Under the pieces are notes generated by a model that saw only the letters and a program-made list of their open reading frames with translations, had not been told where the DNA came from and did no database searches. Shown piece by piece: positions 25,821 through 32,000 of a stretch of 32,000 nucleotides of DNA. Position numbers and translations under genes: made by a program. How positions within the stretch are numbered: position 1 is the stretch's first letter; each line of letters begins with the position of its first letter. Source of the stretch: Candidatus Heimdallarchaeota archaeon B3_Heim (lineage in GTDB: Archaea; Asgardarchaeota; Heimdallarchaeia; Hodarchaeales; Hodarchaeaceae); contig NJBF01000002.1 of assembly GCA_003144275.1 (NCBI GenBank), positions 90,001 through 122,000 of the forward strand. Direction: 5' to 3'.

Positions 25821-25875
25821 TTACCTCATCAAATGTGTTGAGGCATTAATTACCTCATCGATTGTGTTGAGGTAA
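25821..25875. repeat. Two tandem 26-bp palindromes (TTACCTCA-N10-TGAGGTAA), 29-bp period
   Basis: 25821-25846 has 2 mismatches in the right arm; 25850-25875 has perfect arms. Confidence 0.85.
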
Positions 25876-26005
25876 TACTAAAAAAACGTTATGGTATCAA
25901 TTTTCAAATTTTGAATAAAAAATATTCAACTTCATTATTCAGTTCTTCTTATAAAAGAAAGGATCTTAAAATTGAATAGAGGAATAAAGGATTTGAGGGT
26001 TTTTC

Positions 26006-26605
26006 ATGGGATTAGATCTCTTTTTTTATCCTGAAGAGTTTGAAGGGCCATTTGTAGTTCTTGGTAAAGGCGAAACAAGATATGATAAGAGATTTCATCA
26101 ATTCATTTCCTGTATGATAGTTTTAGATAGTAATCTGAACTTAGTGAGATTATTTCCTATTGATATGGAGCGCTTTTCAACTTTTAAGGAATTTGATTTT
26201 GTTAAAGTAAGAATTGAAAAAAGGAACTACGAAAGCCATAGACCAGAGACAAGAAAAATTTATCCTTCTACAATTAGATATTCCAAAGAAACGTTTCATT
26301 TCACTCTTCCCTTTGAAACAGGAGAAGTTCTACATGATGGTAATTGGAAGAAGATGCACCGTTCTGTTGCCTTGATAAATCCACGAGAATTAAGAATAAG
26401 ACAAAAATGGAATGAATATACTCGAATACAATACTTCTGTGATTTTGAGGGATGCAATGGGCATACAAACAAACTAGATGCATATACTTTTGAACAAGTG
26501 GCCGCTTTAGAAAGAGAAAATACAGCTATTGGTTTTGTTTTAGGTACACATGCAGGATATCCTCATAGATGGTTATTAGTCTCTGCAATACGAGCAGAAA
26601 ACTAG
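26006..26605 (+). CDS. Shorter paralog of 23471 (OB/Zn-like protein)
   Basis: VRLFP, HRPETRKI, SVALINP, YFCDFEGCNGH and FVLGT..W..VS parallel the motifs of 23471. Confidence 0.6.
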   Translation: MGLDLFFYPEEFEGPFVVLGKGETRYDKRFHQFISCMIVLDSNLNLVRLFPIDMERFSTFKEFDFVKVRIEKRNYESHRPETRKIYPSTIRYSKETFHFTLPFETGEVLHDGNWKKMHRSVALINPRELRIRQKWNEYTRIQYFCDFEGCNGHTNKLDAYTFEQVAALERENTAIGFVLGTHAGYPHRWLLVSAIRAEN

Positions 26606-27101
26606 CATAACCATATAAAAGATTCCTAGAAAAATTCTGGACCTAAAGTATAACATTCTTCTCAAAATTTTTAAATTATAAAAACTCTCCTTCTTCCTCT
26701 CCAATACTTCTTCGAATCCCTTTCCCATTATTCCAAGAGGGGGGAGGGAGGGAAGTTGATCCTGTAAAAATTGAATGAAATTCAAAAGAAACCTGTGACC
26801 AACTTCCACATAATGACGTTTTTCCTCTTATATAAACACCTCAATAAAATTATAATGGAATAACCACTCTTTCCTATGGAAAATTATTTATAGGGCAATT
26901 TTCGTTCTAGCTGTTAGAACGGAAGCGATTTCATGAGTGGAAGTGCAAAACTCGCTTATCTCGAACATCTTAGACAGGAAGAAAAGCTTCGGAAGCGAGA
27001 AGCCTATTGGGAAAAAATTTTTGCTCAAGCTCCCCCTCCAGCTAAGAAATCGAAATCCTAATCTTCCCTTTCTTATTCTGAAAAAATCCAAGGAGTTTAT
27101 T

Positions 27102-27593
27102 TTAGGGTTCAGTAGCAAATGGATCAATATAGGAGAGAATATTATCTCTTTTCAGGGAATAATCCTCAAGAAGCTGCATAATCGTGATACTCTGAACACC
27201 TCCAAAATGAAGAAGGAATCTATGTTGTAAAAAGCGTCTTCGCGCCTCGCTAAATCCTTGAGGAGATATTAAAAAAGCGTATCGTGTATTAAATACCTCT
27301 GCATACATTTTAATTTGATAAATATCTGCAATTTTCAATTCTTTATTTTTTACCTCAACAACGACTAAACGCTTATCTATAAAGCCGCTTTCTGATGGAA
27401 CAAGCACATATCCCATAAGATCAGGTTTTTTATCCTCTGTCTCCAAAATGAACACTGAATGATCATCTAAGATCTTTTTAATCGAATCCTCAATTTTTTT
27501 GGAAGTAATCTCTAGAAAACATTTACCTATATTATTAAATTTCTCCTCTAAAGCTTTCTTAATCGGCTCATAAAGTGCTTCTTCTTTTATCAT
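27102..27593 (-). CDS. PD-(D/E)XK restriction-endonuclease-like protein
   Basis: KPDLMGY...VVVEVK...IYQIKMY motif (PD..EVK..Q...Y). Confidence 0.75.
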   Translation of the reverse strand: MIKEEALYEPIKKALEEKFNNIGKCFLEITSKKIEDSIKKILDDHSVFILETEDKKPDLMGYVLVPSESGFIDKRLVVVEVKNKELKIADIYQIKMYAEVFNTRYAFLISPQGFSEARRRFLQHRFLLHFGGVQSITIMQLLEDYSLKRDNILSYIDPFATEP

Positions 27594-27620
27594 TTTTTTT
27601 TTCCTCTTAAGAGTCCTCTT

Positions 27621-28082
27621 TTAAAAATCATATTTCACAAAATCAAATTCAGCAAAATTACGTTTAACTAATTTATTCAATTCGTTTCCAAAAGCATTAA
27701 TGTCTTCTATTGGATTTATTAATTCTCCTCTTCTTATTAACTCCCAGATTGCTTGAGCAACATCATTCATTCGATTAATAATTGCAATTGATGGAGCCGT
27801 TAGATGAATACCTCTTGCAGAAAGATCGCCAAAATCATCTCGAATAGGAATGAAAATACCTCCTTTTGTTGGAGGAATCTGTCGATTTGCAAATACAATA
27901 CCTGGAAGATCTATTATAATTCTTCCAGAGACTTCGGCAATGATTTCGTCAATATCAGGGATATGAGAATAGAAAATATTCACCTTATCAGGTGGTCCAA
28001 AAATACCCAAAGTGAAGGTCTTTGCTATTTTCTTTCCTTTTGTTTTTAAAACAGTAATTGGATATTGTGTCCTATTAACCAT
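27621..28082 (-). CDS. Hypothetical protein (153 aa)
   Basis: Complete ORF in series with its neighbours on the minus strand; no motif recognised. Confidence 0.65.
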   Translation of the reverse strand: MVNRTQYPITVLKTKGKKIAKTFTLGIFGPPDKVNIFYSHIPDIDEIIAEVSGRIIIDLPGIVFANRQIPPTKGGIFIPIRDDFGDLSARGIHLTAPSIAIINRMNDVAQAIWELIRRGELINPIEDINAFGNELNKLVKRNFAEFDFVKYDF

Positions 28083-28093
28083 AATTAATCACT

Positions 28094-31000
28094 TTAAACA
28101 ATCGATCTTTTCCTTGAGTATCCTCGTCTGATTCGCCAGATAATTATTGTCGAAATCAGACCTGATAAGATGAAAAATCTGTGTAAAGGGGTTTCAAAGC
28201 TTGTTGTGGTGCTAATTGTAGTTTTTGAAGTCGTGGATGTCGTAGTGGAAGTGGTTGTCGCAGAAAATACCTCCACAGCGAACGCTTGATCATTAATAGC
28301 TATGTATTGAATATTCCCAGCATTATCAATGGTTACAGGAATGAAATAATAAGTTCCTAATGAAGAAGTATCCAAGCTAAAATCATAGATTCCATCAGAA
28401 TCTTGATCAAGAACCTCGGTTATTTGAATATCTCCTTCATTGAAAACCCAGAGTAGTAGAACTTTATAAATTCCAGTTGTAATCTCGTTTGCAATTGAAG
28501 GATCCTCAATATCAACAACAAAAGCCAGATCATCATTCTGTAGAATTTGACTTGGAATAGTATCCAACAAACTCATGGTGGGAGCAGTAATATCTCCAGT
28601 ATCAATCGTTAATTCAAGATAACCAGAAGCACTGACTTTTCTCCCCGAATATGATTCTGCAAAAAGTGTAACATCAATTCGAGAAGTTCCCCCAGGATAA
28701 TTCAATGGCACTTCCACAATAAATCCGTCTCCACTTGAGATTTGATCTCCTAAATCACCATAAAAACTACTTGCATTATAAAAGATCAATTGAGATGTTG
28801 TATTTGCTGATCCAGTAATACTGAACCCAGTATTATCAACTTGAACATTGATATGCAGGAAGAAAACTTCTCCTGGATCAGGAATGCCATCACCATTGCC
28901 ATAAAGAAAATCATCGATTGAATAGCTAAGTATTGTGATTTCTGGAGGAAGTAATTCCACTATATCCATAGTAATATTGACTGTTTGATACACATCGTGA
29001 CCATTTGAATCAGTGCATACGATATGAAGTGTAAAAACAGCAGTTTGGTTTCTCGCTGTAACAGGAATATGAATTCGAGCTCTTGTAGAGGTTCCACTAC
29101 CTAAAACAGCAAGGTCTCCAATGACAATGTGAGGATTTGTGATATTTAAATCAGGATTATCGCTAGTGACAAAACCTGATACTGTATATGCCTCTCCTTC
29201 ACCTGTATTTTGAATAGAAAATTCGAGCTCTACAGTTTCTCCTGCTTCAAAGAGACCATCCAAATCACTATCGTATCCTGCTGCAGAAAGAAGATTGAAA
29301 CTCGGTTTTGGAGCAAAAACGGGAATAGCAAAGTAAAGTAGATCAACATACGCATACGTTGCATCCTCATAGTAGACATAAAAATACAAGTAAACCAATC
29401 CGTCATCGTGGATTGACATCGTTGAGAGATTAACAAATCCAAGAACCTCTGAGGATCCGATATTGACATTTGAAATATTCGTCTGATCACTTACCAGTAT
29501 TGCTGTATTGACAGTATCAGTATCCAATGCTCCTGCTACAAGAATTTGAGCGTTCAGGATATCAGCGGAACCTCTATTTGTAACATTGAAATACAGGCCA
29601 AGCTCCTCTCCCGACTTCCAGTAATCATCTGGAATATCCGATAAAACGTTACTAACTTCGAGATAAGTATCACCTGAATGGACTACTCGGAAATATAGCT
29701 CATAGAGACTTGTCCAAATAGAACCATTGACCGAGAAATAGTCAAAGGTTACATTAACAAGGATAAAATTACCTGAATAATCACTTGGAATAGTAAATTG
29801 GAAATTTGTTTGAAGCTCATAATTACCTTGGTTTTTCAAAAGCAGTGGGATAGAATCTTCACCTGAAACTGATACATTCATCGAATCAGCGGTTGAATTA
29901 ATGCTAAGTGCTGATCCATCCCCTAAGTTTGTTGTTAAGACCGAAAAGCTTACTATATCACTTGGTTCCAATATGCCGTCATCATCACCATTTTGATCGG
30001 AATAATTATAGGCGACCCCATAAACGAAAGGTAAATCGTCAGAAGGCAAAACATTGGTAGCTAGCGTTAAAACATCGCTATTTTCAGGTTGTAGATGATT
30101 CGTTAACACAGGGAAAGAGAAAATTGGAAAATGAAAAGGTAGATTGAATATTGGTAGTCCAATAGTGATATCCAGGTAAAAAACTAAACTTAGAATAAAT
30201 TCCATGTCAAAATCAAACAAATCGGTTGTGACATAATCCTGGAAAAAGAACTCAGGGACTTCCACTGAGAAAGCCTGAATAGATCCCTCTTTCTTCCAAT
30301 CCAAAAAATTGTTTGATAGTGAGACCCCAAAATCATCCGAGCTTACAGAGGCAGAAAAATCTGTATCAATTTTCGGACCGACAGAGACTCCGAGATTCAA
30401 TAAAGGAATTACTGTGGGAAAGGATACGCCTACTTTACCCAAAACTGCTTGTCCATTCATAGGAGTATCAAAGCTCCAATTTTTATCAAAAGGAAGACTT
30501 CCAATACCTGGACCAATGACAGGCCCAATGCCAAAAATTTGTGCCTTGAAAAAATAATCAAAGTCAAAGTCGATAGAAAAACCCATGCGTGCAGGATAAT
30601 TGTCATCAACGATTGCCTGAGTAATAATTTGTGTTCGATCATTTGCAGTCATTGAATTATTTCGATAAGTCGCAAGAACCACAGGCATACTGGCAAAAAC
30701 GGTTGTTGTAACAGTTTGATTCAAATTATACTGAATAATCCCCGAAGTGTCCTCTTGATGTGATTGGGACTGATAGATTTTGTTGTAAGTAAAATTCAGG
30801 AGCCAATAGTCTACAGTATCATAGAGAATACTAGATTGTGCTGATTTAATACTATTTAGAGGTGAGACAGATAATTCATTTGTCCCAGAGATTTCTTCTA
30901 ACGCTGTATGGACTGTTTGAGTATAATTTTCCTTTTCATTCATTTTACTCGGATTATATTTGTTTATTAATTGAGTTTCTTCAGTTTTGGAAGAAATTGG

Positions 31001-31120
31001 AGGTCTAATCATCATTGATACAAATACTGCCGAAAATAACAATACACATAATGGTAATCCATAAACAATTGATTCTTTTTTCATTTTTTGCTCATTCCCA
31101 ACTAAAATCCTCAAAAACAA
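28094..31120 (-). CDS. Large cell-surface glycoprotein with repeated Ig/CARDB-like domains and C-terminal TM anchor
   Basis: N-terminal hydrophobic leader; repeats containing DGILEPSD, DGLFEAGE, DGIPDPGE and YWKSGEE followed by (F/V)xxxNxGxxxA; many sequons; Thr/Ser linker + TM + RR-rich tail. Confidence 0.85.
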   Translation of the reverse strand: MFLRILVGNEQKMKKESIVYGLPLCVLLFSAVFVSMMIRPPISSKTEETQLINKYNPSKMNEKENYTQTVHTALEEISGTNELSVSPLNSIKSAQSSILYDTVDYWLLNFTYNKIYQSQSHQEDTSGIIQYNLNQTVTTTVFASMPVVLATYRNNSMTANDRTQIITQAIVDDNYPARMGFSIDFDFDYFFKAQIFGIGPVIGPGIGSLPFDKNWSFDTPMNGQAVLGKVGVSFPTVIPLLNLGVSVGPKIDTDFSASVSSDDFGVSLSNNFLDWKKEGSIQAFSVEVPEFFFQDYVTTDLFDFDMEFILSLVFYLDITIGLPIFNLPFHFPIFSFPVLTNHLQPENSDVLTLATNVLPSDDLPFVYGVAYNYSDQNGDDDGILEPSDIVSFSVLTTNLGDGSALSINSTADSMNVSVSGEDSIPLLLKNQGNYELQTNFQFTIPSDYSGNFILVNVTFDYFSVNGSIWTSLYELYFRVVHSGDTYLEVSNVLSDIPDDYWKSGEELGLYFNVTNRGSADILNAQILVAGALDTDTVNTAILVSDQTNISNVNIGSSEVLGFVNLSTMSIHDDGLVYLYFYVYYEDATYAYVDLLYFAIPVFAPKPSFNLLSAAGYDSDLDGLFEAGETVELEFSIQNTGEGEAYTVSGFVTSDNPDLNITNPHIVIGDLAVLGSGTSTRARIHIPVTARNQTAVFTLHIVCTDSNGHDVYQTVNITMDIVELLPPEITILSYSIDDFLYGNGDGIPDPGEVFFLHINVQVDNTGFSITGSANTTSQLIFYNASSFYGDLGDQISSGDGFIVEVPLNYPGGTSRIDVTLFAESYSGRKVSASGYLELTIDTGDITAPTMSLLDTIPSQILQNDDLAFVVDIEDPSIANEITTGIYKVLLLWVFNEGDIQITEVLDQDSDGIYDFSLDTSSLGTYYFIPVTIDNAGNIQYIAINDQAFAVEVFSATTTSTTTSTTSKTTISTTTSFETPLHRFFILSGLISTIIIWRIRRGYSRKRSIV

Positions 31121-31355
31121 GTGATTTCACGGATCTCATTGGAAATTAATAAATCTATGGGAGTTTCCGAAAAGCAAAAACAAATTATAACTTGTAACAA
31201 AGAAGTGGAAACACTATGCTTGCACATGCTTTTTCAGGAGCATAATGACTGTAGAGACAAGACTCACTTTCGAGTATCTCTCTCATTCTGTGTTGAACTC
31301 ATATACCGCTTGAATGTAGGTTTGTCTGGTAATTAAGAGTTGAGAGGCGAGAAAC

Positions 31356-31625
31356 ATGGCCATTATTCTGGAAAAGAGTCACTATAAATATATGAGCAAG
31401 AAAAGTATCCGGGAGCATTTCGTTAAACGCTTGAATGAAACTTATACTGAGTTCACACTTATACAAGAGTTATACTATAGCAAATACAACCAGAGACTTT
31501 TCAGATCTGATGAGAAAAAGATTCTCAGGAAAATGTTATTGGAAATTCGCCGGTTACGGGCAACCATAGAGCTTAATGATCAAAATGCGTCTTTGCGTCG
31601 GATGGTTCCGAGGGAAAAAGTATGA
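31356..31625 (+). CDS. Hypothetical basic helical protein (89 aa)
   Basis: GAGAGG RBS-like sequence; ATGA-coupled to the next ORF. Confidence 0.6.
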   Translation: MAIILEKSHYKYMSKKSIREHFVKRLNETYTEFTLIQELYYSKYNQRLFRSDEKKILRKMLLEIRRLRATIELNDQNASLRRMVPREKV

Positions 31626-32000
31626 ATTCTACGCATTCTAAAAGAAACGCGAAGATACTTAGCTTAAGTAGTTCCAAAGACATGCTTGAATGTGATCATT
31701 GTGAATATGTCGCTCATTGTGATTTAAAAGGACCGCAGGATTCCGTTTGTCCTCATTCTTCTAGTTTTGACCAGAATGAGAATCATTTCCAAGAAACAGA
31801 TTTTACAGACCGTCGTTATAAAGAAATTAAACTAATTAAATTACCCTCCAAAGCAGAAGAAATTACTTTGAAAATGACTGCAGGAGAAATCAACATCCTG
31901 GAATATGCAGCCTATCAATTAGAGATTTCTTTGGAAAGATATCTTGAAGTTACATTTAGACTAGAAGTAGAAAGAGTTCAGAGAAAATATGGTATTAAAT
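31622..32000 (+). CDS. Cys-rich plus RHH-like protein, 3' truncated by window edge
   Basis: Not in the ORF track because no stop falls in the window. ATG at 31622 is open to the end. CDHC...C...CP cluster; ITLKMTAGEINILEYAA...SLERYL resembles a ribbon-helix-helix. Confidence 0.6.
   Translation, partial: MNSTHSKRNAKILSLSSSKDMLECDHCEYVAHCDLKGPQDSVCPHSSSFDQNENHFQETDFTDRRYKEIKLIKLPSKAEEITLKMTAGEINILEYAAYQLEISLERYLEVTFRLEVERVQRKYGIK

Noticed and set aside
26576-27230. ORFs 26576..26809, 26888..27127 and 26937..27230
   Set aside because: Low-complexity AT-rich translations that overlap each other or real genes, with no motifs.
31121-31336. 71-aa ORF between the surface protein and 31356
   Set aside because: It begins at the divergent promoter region with a non-ATG start and has no supporting features.
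1-32000. Firm assignment to a named virus family or to Asgard/Heimdallarchaeia
   Set aside because: No marker gene in the window; the archaeal signal is indirect (GGTGA RBS, oligo-T tracts, sequon-rich TM-anchored proteins).

Overview
The window looks like part of an integrated archaeal mobile element, probably an enveloped provirus or a membrane-based transfer element. GGAGG/GGTGA ribosome-binding sites, oligo-T terminators and sequon-rich surface proteins point to archaea; an Asgard host is plausible but cannot be proven from this sequence. Two + strand core blocks look more GC-rich by eye: (i) <1-4774, membrane proteins plus a P-loop ATPase/PD-(D/E)XK nuclease fusion; (ii) 13668-22702, two membrane glycoproteins followed by an array of basic proteins. 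Most array proteins share an N-terminal transmembrane leader and/or a hydrophobic-x-AP[R/K] motif but carry unrelated cargo (JAB/MPN metalloenzyme, protein-kinase fold, DUF3560+SH3-like, Rho_N/HeH-like, wHTH). This array is the best candidate for an undescribed system: a membrane-tethered, virion- or vesicle-delivered effector set. AT-rich accessory blocks interrupt or flank the core. 5366-13090 holds an ABC ATPase+TOPRIM pair, an extended HicB/HicA-like pair, a rhomboid and a PIN nuclease. 23197-28082 holds a ParB-DUF488 fusion with two paralogous OB/Zn proteins and a PD-(D/E)XK nuclease. Several imperfect intergenic repeats and palindromes recur between cassettes. A 1008-aa surface protein and small regulator-like genes close the window. 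No integrase, replicase, rRNA, tRNA or CRISPR array was found. All domain calls come from motif recognition by eye, not database searches.
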